Program-made: the position numbers and the translations under genes | Source: an uncultured Holosporaceae bacterium | GTDB taxonomy: Bacteria > Pseudomonadota > Alphaproteobacteria > UBA3830 | Assembly: GCA_964510175.1 (NCBI GenBank) | Contig: CAZEAT010000001.1 | Location: 1-59,780 of the forward strand | DNA: 59,780 bases | Reading direction: 5' to 3' | Part shown: positions 27,015 through 36,363 of the stretch, piece after piece | Position numbering within the stretch: position 1 is the stretch's first letter | Layout of the letters: every line of letters starts with the position of its first letter | The notes under the pieces: generated by a model | Told to the model about the DNA's origin: nothing | The model's database searches: none | What the model saw: the letters and a program-made list of their open reading frames with translations, nothing else

Positions 27015-27403
27015 TGGCAATAGAGATAAAAACACCCAGAGGGCAGATCATCCAGACCACCACAAAATCCGGAAAGGTAAAAGCGGAATTGACCTGGAAT
27101 CGCAATTTTGCACCGAAAAGAACAGCCAACTTCTCACGAGCGCAGAAATTTGTTGACAGTGAGGTATTGAGGTATTGTAGTGCATTGATTCCATTTCAGA
27201 CAGGTATGCTTGACCGATCCGGGAAATTGGGTACGGTGATAGGAAGTGGACTGGTTCAGTACATAGCTCCATATGCGGCAAAACAATATTATGATACGGC
27301 AGAGAGCCGTCCCTACGATTCAAATAGAGGGGCTAAATGGTTCGAGCGTATGAAAGTAGCGCATAAAACGGACATACTGAACGGTGCAAAAAAACTGATG
27401 TGA
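27014..27403 (+). CDS. HK97 gp10-like head-tail joining protein
   Basis: 129 aa; position; gp10-like C-terminal segment (YIAPYAAKQYY). Confidence 0.5.
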   Translation: MAIEIKTPRGQIIQTTTKSGKVKAELTWNRNFAPKRTANFSRAQKFVDSEVLRYCSALIPFQTGMLDRSGKLGTVIGSGLVQYIAPYAAKQYYDTAESRPYDSNRGAKWFERMKVAHKTDILNGAKKLM

Positions 27404-27413
27404 GGAGGCGAGC

Positions 27414-27872
27414 ATGGCAAAATCTATCATTGAGGGGCTGGAGAAGTATTTTCTCCAGTGCGATATGCTGAAAGATGGATGTTTGCGAGTGGATTTCATG
27501 GGCGAGAAACCGGTGGAGTATTCCATTGAGGTATTACCCTGTGATCCGATTATAAAGAGATACGTCAACGGTGATACCGTCCGGCAGTATCTCTTTGCTT
27601 TTGGCTCCAGGGAATATTACAGCCAGGAGCGACTGCAGAACATCGAAAACAGCGCTTTTTATGAAAGGTTTTCGGATTGGGTGGAGGCCCAGAACTTTTC
27701 CGGGAATCTTCCGGAGCTTCCGGAGGGAAAGGAAGCAACGGGAATATATGTGGTATCATCTGGTTATTTGTTCGGAGAATCAAAGACAAGTGCCAGGTAC
27801 CAGATACAGTTACGATTAGAATATTTTAAGGAGGCAGACACAACATGGCAGGAAACGCAAAAAGAGACGTAG
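27414..27872 (+). CDS. tail completion/terminator protein
   Basis: Position immediately before the major tail protein gene. Confidence 0.45.
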   Translation: MAKSIIEGLEKYFLQCDMLKDGCLRVDFMGEKPVEYSIEVLPCDPIIKRYVNGDTVRQYLFAFGSREYYSQERLQNIENSAFYERFSDWVEAQNFSGNLPELPEGKEATGIYVVSSGYLFGESKTSARYQIQLRLEYFKEADTTWQETQKET

Positions 27873-28381
27873 TAAAACGTCACCAGTTCGCAGATTACCT
27901 GAACGTGGCGACAGAGGATGCTCCGGAGTTTGTCCTTATGGGAACCGGCTTTAAAACGCTGGATGAAGAACCGGGAGCGCAGACGGATAAAAAGAAATAC
28001 GTCAATGAAAAAGCAAGCTCCTCTTCCGTGGTAGGGTATGAAACGGTATTCCCGTTTGAATCCGATCTGATTAAGGAGCAGGAGGCGGTAATTGCCCTCT
28101 ACAATGTAGGGAGAAACCACTACACCGGTTCCGACGCAGAGTTTGAGTATGTAAGAGTAGAACTCTGGGAGCCGGCAGAGGGTAAACCGAATGAATTTGC
28201 CGCAAGAAAATTCATTGTTTCTACGGAAGTTTCCGAGATCAGCGGAGAAAATGACATTTCCGTTTCCGGAAACCTGAACGCAGTAGGTGACTTTGTTCCT
28301 GGAACATTCAACACAAAAACCAGGACATTCACACCGGCAGACGATGAAGCCGAGGAGGAGCAGGAGGGAGGCACCGAGTAA
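27845..28381 (+). CDS. major tail protein
   Basis: 178 aa, upstream of the chaperones and tape measure gene. Confidence 0.7.
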   Translation: MAGNAKRDVVKRHQFADYLNVATEDAPEFVLMGTGFKTLDEEPGAQTDKKKYVNEKASSSSVVGYETVFPFESDLIKEQEAVIALYNVGRNHYTGSDAEFEYVRVELWEPAEGKPNEFAARKFIVSTEVSEISGENDISVSGNLNAVGDFVPGTFNTKTRTFTPADDEAEEEQEGGTE

Positions 28382-28433
28382 AGGTGCCTTTCTCTTTGAA
28401 CTGTAAACAATAATCAACCATAGGAGGTAGGAT

Positions 28434-28868
28434 ATGAACATTTTAGGCGTAGAATTAGAGTTAGATTTATTTGATGCGGATGTACTGGAGGTATACGAGA
28501 AAGAGAACAAGAGAGTTGTCGATAGAATCCAGGACAAAGGACAGTATGCCGGAAAAAACACGGCTGATTCTATCAGGTACCAGTGTGGTGTTGTGAATGA
28601 TTTCTTCAATGCCCTTTTTGGGGACGGAACCGCAGAGAAAATCTTCAAGGGTAAAAACAACATCAAGGATCACATGGAGGCTTTCGGAATTGTAGCAAAG
28701 CAAGCTGAGGAGTCCAATGTGGAATTTGACGGCATTCTTGACAAGTACACCCCGAACAGAGCAGAAAGACGCCAGGCAGATAAACAGCAGCAGAAACAGG
28801 GCTCCAGGAATTACCAGAGAAATTATGCCGCAATTAACGGTAATGGTGGGAAGAAACATAAGAAATGA
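28434..28868 (+). CDS. tail assembly chaperone
   Basis: Position between the major tail and tape measure genes. Confidence 0.55.
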   Translation: MNILGVELELDLFDADVLEVYEKENKRVVDRIQDKGQYAGKNTADSIRYQCGVVNDFFNALFGDGTAEKIFKGKNNIKDHMEAFGIVAKQAEESNVEFDGILDKYTPNRAERRQADKQQQKQGSRNYQRNYAAINGNGGKKHKK

Positions 28869-29467
28869 ATCTCCTGGTAGATGAACTTCCGGAGTCTGTC
28901 ATGGTGGACGGCGAGGAGTTTAGAATCCGAACTAACTTCCGGATTTTTATATTGTTTGAGCTTCTATGGCAGGATGATAGCCTGGAGCTGAAAGAGAAAC
29001 TCCGGAGATCATTTAAGTTGTGCTATCTTGACAGAATACCCAGGAACTACGAGGAGGCGGCAAACGCCCTTATGTGGTTTTACAAATGCGGCAAAGAGGA
29101 TAACCCACAGAAAAAGGCTATTGCTGCCAAGAGAGGGAAAACCCGGATATATTCGTTTGACTATGACGATGATTATATATTCGCCGCTTTCATGTCACAG
29201 TACAAAATCAACCTCCAGAGGGTAAAGTATCTTCACTGGTGGGAGTTCCGGGCAATGTTTAATTCCCTTACGAATAGCAATGAATTTGTGAAAATCATGG
29301 AGTACCGCAGCATTGACCTGAAAGAAGATATGCCAAAAGAACAAAAGGCTTTCTACCGGAAAATGAAGCTGATCCATGATCTCCCGTTACCGAAAGACGA
29401 GGAGGAGAAACAACAGGCTATTGAGGATGCTTTGATGAACGGCGGCGATCTGACAGGTATTCTTTAG
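28865..29467 (+). CDS. Gp15-family tail assembly protein
   Basis: ATGA overlap with the upstream gene. N-terminal EFRIRTNFRIFILFE pattern of the Gp15 family (by recall). Confidence 0.5.
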   Translation: MNLLVDELPESVMVDGEEFRIRTNFRIFILFELLWQDDSLELKEKLRRSFKLCYLDRIPRNYEEAANALMWFYKCGKEDNPQKKAIAAKRGKTRIYSFDYDDDYIFAAFMSQYKINLQRVKYLHWWEFRAMFNSLTNSNEFVKIMEYRSIDLKEDMPKEQKAFYRKMKLIHDLPLPKDEEEKQQAIEDALMNGGDLTGIL

Positions 29468-29483
29468 AACGGAGGCGGTACAG

Positions 29484-29663
29484 ATTGAGAAAATAACAGA
29501 AAAAGAAGAATTGAACCGGGTAAAATGCCCGGATTGTGATTACCAGATGCCGATTTTTTACGGCGAAAATGCAAATTGTTCAGGTGTGATGGTCCCATGC
29601 AAGGGGAGAAGCTGTCACACCTTTTTTGAAATAAAAATAAAAGACGGAAAGCAAATCAAGTAG
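29484..29663 (+). CDS. Cys-rich KTR-like Zn-ribbon mini-protein; start codon uncertain
   Basis: Frame ..VKCPDCDYQMP..CSGVMVPCKGRSCHTFFEIKIKDGK.. has no in-frame ATG/GTG upstream of the Cys motifs. GGAGG lies 8 nt before ATT 29484; TTG at 29511 is the alternative. Confidence 0.35.
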   Translation: MEKITEKEELNRVKCPDCDYQMPIFYGENANCSGVMVPCKGRSCHTFFEIKIKDGKQIK

Positions 29664-29701
29664 TGCCATTATGAGCCGATGATTTTAGCCCCGAAAGTGA
29701 G

Positions 29702-32700
29702 GTGAGGACATTGGCTAATGATGGCACATTAAAATTTGATACCGCCATAGACGCAAGCGGATTTCAGGACGGCATAAGCTCCATCGGGAGTATGGCTGAA
29801 AAAGGCTTGAAAGCCACTATGACAATTCTTACCGGAGCGGCTACCACAATCGGGACTTTAGGGACGGCGGCTATCAAGGTAGGCTCCGACTTTGAGAGTG
29901 CTATGTCAAAGGTAGAGGCTATTTCTGGAGCCACAGGAAGCGATCTGGAAGCCCTAACAAACAAGGCTAAACAGATGGGAGCCTCTACGAAATTCAGTGC
30001 CACAGAATCAGCTAACGCTTTTGAATATATGGCAATGGCCGGCTGGAAAACAGCGGATATGTTGGACGGCATAGAGGGTATTATGAACCTGGCCGCAGCA
30101 TCCGGGGAAGATTTGGCAACGACTTCTGACATTGTGACAGACGCTCTAACGGCATTTGGACTGTCAGCACAGGATTCCACACACTTTGCGGACGTTTTGG
30201 CGGCGGCATCTGCCAACGCAAATACCAATGTGGGATTGTTAGGTGAAACATTCAAGTACGTTGCTCCCGTGGCTGGTGCCCTGGGATATTCCGCAGAGGA
30301 CACAGCGACAGCGATTGGCTTAATGGCAAATGCCGGAATCAAAGGATCACAGGCCGGTACTTCTTTACGGTCCATTATGTCAAGGCTGGCAAAGCCTACG
30401 GATGAAGTTCAGGCGGCTATGGATGCCCTGGGAATTTCCCTGACAGACGATCATGGGAAAATGAAAACCCTTAATGAAATTATGGGCGATCTCCGGACGG
30501 GATTCTCTGGATTGTCGGAAGCGGAAGCCGCACAGATGGCGGCGGCCCTGGGAGGACAGGAGGCAATGTCGGGACTTTTGGCAATCGTGAACGCCTCCGA
30601 TGCAGATTTTGATAAGCTCCAGTCCTCTATTTATTCTTGTGACGGTGCAGCCGCACAAATGGCTGAAACCATGAATGACAACCTGCAAGGCCAGCTTACA
30701 ATCCTGAAATCAGGATTAGAGGGGTTGGGTATCTCTTTCTATGAGAACATCCAGACACCATTAAAAGATATAGCGGTAGAAGCCCAGGGAATGGTTCAGC
30801 AACTCCAGGACGCTTTTAATGAGGACGGCCTTACCGGACTGGTTACGGCTTTCGGTGACGTCTTGGCACAGATAGTTGAGAGGGTAGCCGGAGCGGCTCC
30901 AGAACTGATAAATGCGGCAACCGGACTTGTAAGTTCATTTTGTGATTCATTAAAGAGCAGTACGGGAATAGGTGAAGCGGCGGCAAGCCTGATTACCTCC
31001 CTGGTTACGGCTCTTTTCAGTTGTGCTGATGATATTTGGACTACGGCTATTGTATTGGCCGGGAAAATGGCACAAGGAATAGCAGACGGCGCACCGGAAA
31101 TGGTACAGTCCGTTGCAACTTGCGTGACTGATATATTCGAGTGCTTGTCAGAATGGGCTCCAGATTTTGTTGACGCTGGAGTGCAGATCATAGGTTCGGT
31201 AGCCCAGGGATTGGCAGATACGCTTCCCACTATTCTGCAGCATGGAATTGATATAGTCCTGGAATTAGGACGGGGAATAGCCGAGAGCGTCCCGTCTTTG
31301 ATACCCCTTGCGGTTGACTGCATCCTGAATTTATTCGACACATTTGTAAGCAATCTCGATTCCATAGTCGATGTTGGAATCGAAATAATTATGGCAATAG
31401 CCGATGGCATCATTCAGGCATTGCCTATTTTGATTCAGAAAGCTCCAGACATAATTGTGAATTTCTGGAAAGCGCTGGACAAAAATCTTGTAAAAATCCT
31501 GAAAGCCGGAGTTGACCTGATCGTAAAACTGGTCGAGGGCATTATTTCGGCAATTCCGGAGCTGATAAAGAACCTCCCTAAAATCCTAGAGGCAATCGTT
31601 CTTACAATCCAGCATTTTAACTTTCTGCAGGCAGGTAAGAGTATCATAACCTCCATAGGTGAGGGTATAAAATCCGCTGGAGGATCACTGATCCAGGCGG
31701 TAAAAAATATAAATTGGGCGTCCGTTGCCTCCAGTATAGGAGCCATGGCCTCTAATGCCCTGAATGTGGTTAAGACCTATCTTGCAGAGGCTATTGTGAA
31801 TCTCGTAACGGCGTCTGGAGAGTTTTTCTCCGAGCTTCCGGGGAAAGTATGGGACGGTATTGTTTCTGCCGTTACAAAGATAGCTGAATGGGGAATCCAG
31901 ATGCGAGAAGCCGTCTCCGATGCGGCTAGCAACTGTATAGATTCGGCTGTTACATGGTTCTCTGAACTTCCGGAGAAAATCGGAACATGGCTGACCGGGG
32001 TAGTAAACCGGATAGTAACCTGGGGATCTGAAATGCTTGCATCTGCCGGAGAGGCAGCAAGCAACGTAATTTCCGGAGTGGTTGACTTTTTCTCCGAACT
32101 TCCGAACAAAATCGCCTACTGGCTAGGATACGCCATAGGCACAGTAATTAAGTGGGGAGTTGAACTCTACACCTGGGTAACAACAGAAATCCCGAATATC
32201 ATTCAAAACGTGGTTGACTTTTTCGCACAGCTTCCCGGAAAAATCTGGACGTGGCTTGTCGAGACGGTCAATAAAGCTGTACAGTGGGGAATCAACCTGA
32301 AAAACACAGCGGACACATGGGTTACTAACACCATCAATTCCGTTGTAAACTTCTTTTCCACACTTCCCGGAAAGGTATGGACGTGGTTAGTCGAAACTGT
32401 GAACCGGGTAGTACAGTGGGGAATCAACCTAAAGAATGAGGCTGAAACCTGGGTAACAAATACGATCAATTCCGTTGTGAATTTCTTTTCACAATTACCG
32501 GGGAGAGTCTGGACGTGGTTAGTTGATACGGTCAATAAGGTAACTCAATGGGGAGCTAACCTTTTATCCACAGCGAGTACGGCAGCATCGAATACTGTCA
32601 ACAAAGTAGTGGAGTGGTTTTCACAGCTTCCGGGGAAAATCTGGACGTGGCTCCAGAACACCATAACAAAGGTGATCCAATTTGGCGCCGACATGGCTTC

Positions 32701-33256
32701 TAAGGCAACATCGGCGGCACAGGGATTTGTTACCAATATCGTAAATGGATTAAGCGGACTTCCCGGCCAGATGGTCACGATAGGCAGCAATATAGTAACC
32801 GGAATCTGGAACGGTATTTCTTCCGGGTGGAATTGGCTGGTTGACAAAGTAAAGAGCCTGGCAAATAGCTTATTCGAGGGAGCGAAAGATGCACTAGGCA
32901 TCAATAGCCCGTCACGAGTTTTCGCTAGGGAAGTGGGACGCTGGATTCCTCCAGGGATAGGCGTCGGGATAGATGATGCAATGCCTGATCTGGAAAACCA
33001 GATGGGTGACGATATGGAGAGAATCGCCCAGAAAATGCAGGCGGCGGTTGAGGTTGAAACTGGAAAGATTACAGTAAAAACCAAATCTAAAGCACAGCAT
33101 ACAGCCGATACGGAATATCCAACAGGCGGCGGCGATACCTATTACGATCAGCACATAGAGCAGGAGAATAATTACCATGTGCCGGTAGCAACTCCGAGCG
33201 AAACCAGCAAGGCACAGAGAGAGGCAGCAAGAAACTTGTTAGGGGGTGTGAAATAG
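29702..33256 (+). CDS. tape measure protein
   Basis: 1184 aa, Ala/Gly-rich helical protein with internal tandem repeats; sits upstream of the distal tail protein gene. Confidence 0.9.
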   Translation: MRTLANDGTLKFDTAIDASGFQDGISSIGSMAEKGLKATMTILTGAATTIGTLGTAAIKVGSDFESAMSKVEAISGATGSDLEALTNKAKQMGASTKFSATESANAFEYMAMAGWKTADMLDGIEGIMNLAAASGEDLATTSDIVTDALTAFGLSAQDSTHFADVLAAASANANTNVGLLGETFKYVAPVAGALGYSAEDTATAIGLMANAGIKGSQAGTSLRSIMSRLAKPTDEVQAAMDALGISLTDDHGKMKTLNEIMGDLRTGFSGLSEAEAAQMAAALGGQEAMSGLLAIVNASDADFDKLQSSIYSCDGAAAQMAETMNDNLQGQLTILKSGLEGLGISFYENIQTPLKDIAVEAQGMVQQLQDAFNEDGLTGLVTAFGDVLAQIVERVAGAAPELINAATGLVSSFCDSLKSSTGIGEAAASLITSLVTALFSCADDIWTTAIVLAGKMAQGIADGAPEMVQSVATCVTDIFECLSEWAPDFVDAGVQIIGSVAQGLADTLPTILQHGIDIVLELGRGIAESVPSLIPLAVDCILNLFDTFVSNLDSIVDVGIEIIMAIADGIIQALPILIQKAPDIIVNFWKALDKNLVKILKAGVDLIVKLVEGIISAIPELIKNLPKILEAIVLTIQHFNFLQAGKSIITSIGEGIKSAGGSLIQAVKNINWASVASSIGAMASNALNVVKTYLAEAIVNLVTASGEFFSELPGKVWDGIVSAVTKIAEWGIQMREAVSDAASNCIDSAVTWFSELPEKIGTWLTGVVNRIVTWGSEMLASAGEAASNVISGVVDFFSELPNKIAYWLGYAIGTVIKWGVELYTWVTTEIPNIIQNVVDFFAQLPGKIWTWLVETVNKAVQWGINLKNTADTWVTNTINSVVNFFSTLPGKVWTWLVETVNRVVQWGINLKNEAETWVTNTINSVVNFFSQLPGRVWTWLVDTVNKVTQWGANLLSTASTAASNTVNKVVEWFSQLPGKIWTWLQNTITKVIQFGADMASKATSAAQGFVTNIVNGLSGLPGQMVTIGSNIVTGIWNGISSGWNWLVDKVKSLANSLFEGAKDALGINSPSRVFAREVGRWIPPGIGVGIDDAMPDLENQMGDDMERIAQKMQAAVEVETGKITVKTKSKAQHTADTEYPTGGGDTYYDQHIEQENNYHVPVATPSETSKAQREAARNLLGGVK
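31835..32780 (+). repeat. about 8 tandem repeats of ~41 aa (123 nt) inside the tape measure gene
   Basis: Recurring ..FFSxLPGK(I/V)WTWLVxTVNxxxQWGxNL.. units. Copies at about 32206-32330 and 32329-32452 are closest at the DNA level. Confidence 0.8.
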
Positions 33257-34173
33257 TGGCAAATTTTATAGACCTTACACTTGAATGTAATGGTATGACA
33301 ATGAGGTTTGGAAAATCTGAAACCGGAATAAGGCGTGAATTTGGCATTACCAAGATAACGGGTCTGGAATCCTCTGACCTTGAAATAAGCACCACCGACA
33401 ACGCTCTTGTGGATGGCTCAACAGTGGATGGGAAACGTATAAAAAAACGTCCCATCCACATAGAGGCTACCTTACGGGATGATCGGAACAATGAAGCAAA
33501 CCGGCAGAGGATAATAAAATTCTTCAATCCCAAATACGCCGGAAAACTGACGGTTAATTACAGCGGAACAAAAAGAAATATTGAGTATGAACTGGAGGGC
33601 TGGAATTTCGTTGCGACAAGCAATGTATATAACCAGCTCTCCATTGTTGTTGACCTGATGTGTCCTGATCCTTTCATGAAGAATATAGACAATTTCGGAC
33701 AGAACATGGCCGACATAAGCAAGCACATAGCTTTCCCCTGGAGGGTAGTAAAACAGAAAGTTGTTGTCCCGGAACCATATAAGGGGCTGACGCTTCCCGG
33801 ACAGATAACCGGGTATAGGACATTGACAAAAGAAGTGCATCTTCCGAATGACGGGGATGTGCCTACCGGATTGCAGATACAGTTTATCGCAGAGAGAGGT
33901 CCGGCGAAAAATCCAAAGATTACCCTGGTAGGATCCGGGCAGTTTGTCAGGGTGAAAATCGACATGGAGCAAGGGGATGTCCTGATGATTGACACCAACA
34001 AGCGGCATCAGGTGATAGAGCTGAACGGCGAAAACATTTACCAGAGAATTGACCGGCTTTCAGAACCTTTCGAGCTGGAAGTCGGGAGTAATTACCTGGA
34101 GTATGATGCTGACGAAAATTATACAAATCTGGACGTAAGGCTATACTATACGCCCTTGTATCTGGGGGTGTAA
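33256..34173 (+). CDS. distal tail protein (Sipho_tail family)
   Basis: GTG start overlaps the tape measure stop; follows the tape measure gene. Confidence 0.7.
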   Translation: MANFIDLTLECNGMTMRFGKSETGIRREFGITKITGLESSDLEISTTDNALVDGSTVDGKRIKKRPIHIEATLRDDRNNEANRQRIIKFFNPKYAGKLTVNYSGTKRNIEYELEGWNFVATSNVYNQLSIVVDLMCPDPFMKNIDNFGQNMADISKHIAFPWRVVKQKVVVPEPYKGLTLPGQITGYRTLTKEVHLPNDGDVPTGLQIQFIAERGPAKNPKITLVGSGQFVRVKIDMEQGDVLMIDTNKRHQVIELNGENIYQRIDRLSEPFELEVGSNYLEYDADENYTNLDVRLYYTPLYLGV

Positions 34174-34175
34174 TT

Positions 34176-35267
34176 ATGAAACTTATTGTACTGGATGAAA
34201 ATTTTGACACCATCGGAAGCATCCCTTTATTCCGGACGCTGATCTGGGTGCGGAGATATGAAAAGTTGGGATGCTTCGAGCTGTATACCGCAAAATCCTA
34301 TTTCGATTTGCTGAACTCCGGGAGGTATCTATACCGGAATGACGCTGACGAGTTGGGGGTGATTGATGAAGTGAATTATTCCCAGGATGAAAACGGAGCC
34401 AGAGAAGTCTATGCGAAAGGAAATTTTGCTGAAATCCTGTTATATGACAGGGTAATCGAAAGTACCGTCACTCTGAATGGAAATATAGAGGAGTCTATGA
34501 GGTATCTTGTGACAAGAACAGCCATTGATCCGGAAGAAAAAGACCGGATCATAAAGCATTTGAGGTTAGGGAGCGTAAACGGAATCTCCGGGACGCTGAA
34601 CATGCAGACCACCGGCGTAAATTTGAGTGAGAAGCTGTATGACATAGGGAACACCCAGGAGATCAGCCACCGGGTACGTTACGACTATCTGACGAATGAC
34701 CTTGCTTTTGAGGTATGGCAAGGAAAAGACCGGAGAGATACCCAGGAGGTAAACAGTTGGGCGATCTTCTCTAATTCCTTTTATAACATCCGGAATGTGG
34801 TCTACAACAGAAACAGCAGCTCATACAGAAACTACGCCTATGTTGCAGGAGCTGGAGAGGGAGCTGACCGGGTAATAGTGATAGTTGACCTCCGGCAACC
34901 TGGAGAGGAGAGGAAAGAGCTGTATGTGGATGCTAGGGATTTACAGCAGGAGGACGGAAACGGAAAGGTGATTCCGCTGGCAACGTATAAATCACAGCTC
35001 ACCCAGAGAGGCCGGGAGAAGCTGGCAGAATACCGGAAAGTGGAAATTATCAACAGTGGAGTAGATTCAAACGCTAATCTGGTTTATAAAAAAGATTTTG
35101 ACCTGGGAGATTTTTGTACCTACATCAACACAGAGATCAATATTGCCACCGATAAGCGGATAACGGAAGTAATGGAAACCTACGAGGGAGGGGCAACGGA
35201 ATTGTCCGTCACCTTTGGAACCGATGAAGTATCAACGGTTAAACAGTTAATCAAAAGGGAGGTATAA
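34176..35267 (+). CDS. tail-tip protein (ReqiPepy6 Gp37-like)
   Basis: Follows the distal tail protein; N-terminal IVLDENFDTIGSIPLFRTLIWVRRYEKLGCFEL pattern. Confidence 0.55.
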   Translation: MKLIVLDENFDTIGSIPLFRTLIWVRRYEKLGCFELYTAKSYFDLLNSGRYLYRNDADELGVIDEVNYSQDENGAREVYAKGNFAEILLYDRVIESTVTLNGNIEESMRYLVTRTAIDPEEKDRIIKHLRLGSVNGISGTLNMQTTGVNLSEKLYDIGNTQEISHRVRYDYLTNDLAFEVWQGKDRRDTQEVNSWAIFSNSFYNIRNVVYNRNSSSYRNYAYVAGAGEGADRVIVIVDLRQPGEERKELYVDARDLQQEDGNGKVIPLATYKSQLTQRGREKLAEYRKVEIINSGVDSNANLVYKKDFDLGDFCTYINTEINIATDKRITEVMETYEGGATELSVTFGTDEVSTVKQLIKREV

Positions 35268-35270
35268 GCA

Positions 35271-36341
35271 TTGTTAAGATACGGTTTTTTCGACAGTGAA
35301 ATAATCGGCTACGATGATGAGGGTATGCCTATATTTGATAGGGCTGAATCCTCTGATTTTCTGGCTATGTTTATTTCAAACATTATAAGCGATGGCGTTC
35401 TTGCTTTGCCGGGCGATTGTTTTCAGGTAATGGCTTTTGAGGGAATGAACCTGAAAGTAAGGCCCGGATTTGGCATTGTAAAGGGCAGATTCGCAGCAGA
35501 CACACACGACTTCGATCTCACAGTTTCAAAGGCTCCATCGGCCTATAAACGCATTGACAGGGTAGTTTTGAGAGCTAACTACCTGCAAAGGTTATGCGAG
35601 ATTGTAATAAAAGAGGGTGAGCCAGCGGCGAACCCGGTTCCTCCGGAGCTGATCCAGCCGGCATCCGGAGATTATTACGAATTATGCCTTGCTACGATTG
35701 CGATAAATTCAAATCAGACCGTAATCATGCAGAGCAACATCACAGATACCAGGTATGACAGTTCTGTATGCGGACTGGTAACACAGTTGATAGATCACCT
35801 GGACACATCCGTTTTCTTTACACAGTTAAATGCTTTTTACAACGAATATGTAAAGAAATTCAATGATAATTACGCAGATTTTATCCTGAAAATGGATAGT
35901 GCCTACCAGAATTTTTATACAAAACTGAATGACCTCTACAACGGTTATATTGACAAGTACAATACGGACTATGAGGACTTTTCAAATAAGATGCTGACGG
36001 CATATAACCAGTATCTCACCGATTTAGACGTTTATTTTGAGTCCCTGCAGAAGAAAGCCTACGGAGATATGACCGACATTGTAAAGCGGTTATCGGAGTT
36101 TGAGGTAGAGCAGGAAGCCATCTGGAACGCCTGGTTTGATTCCGTAAAAGGAAAAATGGAGGGCGATTTAGGGGCAAGAGTTATCCTGATGCTGGAAGAA
36201 CAGGATAAAAGGCTGGAGGAGCTGGAAGTTATGCTCATAAGCGGAAAGATTCATGCACCGCTTTCCACAGAGGACGGAGACGCCCTGACAACTGAAAACG
36301 GTGATGTGATAGAGGCATTTTGGTATTACGCCACAAAGTAA
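35271..36341 (+). CDS. tail/baseplate-associated protein, hypothetical
   Basis: TTG start; sits between the tail-tip and fibre genes. Confidence 0.45.
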   Translation: MLRYGFFDSEIIGYDDEGMPIFDRAESSDFLAMFISNIISDGVLALPGDCFQVMAFEGMNLKVRPGFGIVKGRFAADTHDFDLTVSKAPSAYKRIDRVVLRANYLQRLCEIVIKEGEPAANPVPPELIQPASGDYYELCLATIAINSNQTVIMQSNITDTRYDSSVCGLVTQLIDHLDTSVFFTQLNAFYNEYVKKFNDNYADFILKMDSAYQNFYTKLNDLYNGYIDKYNTDYEDFSNKMLTAYNQYLTDLDVYFESLQKKAYGDMTDIVKRLSEFEVEQEAIWNAWFDSVKGKMEGDLGARVILMLEEQDKRLEELEVMLISGKIHAPLSTEDGDALTTENGDVIEAFWYYATK

Positions 36342-36363
36342 AGATAAGGAGGAAAATAAGAGA

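Noticed and set aside
28434-29467. Programmed -1 frameshift joining the two tail chaperone ORFs (lambda G/GT-like)
   Set aside because: The second ORF is in the -1 frame, but it has its own ATG in an ATGA overlap. I found no X-XXY-YYZ slippery heptamer near the end of the first ORF, so I cannot support a frameshift from the sequence.
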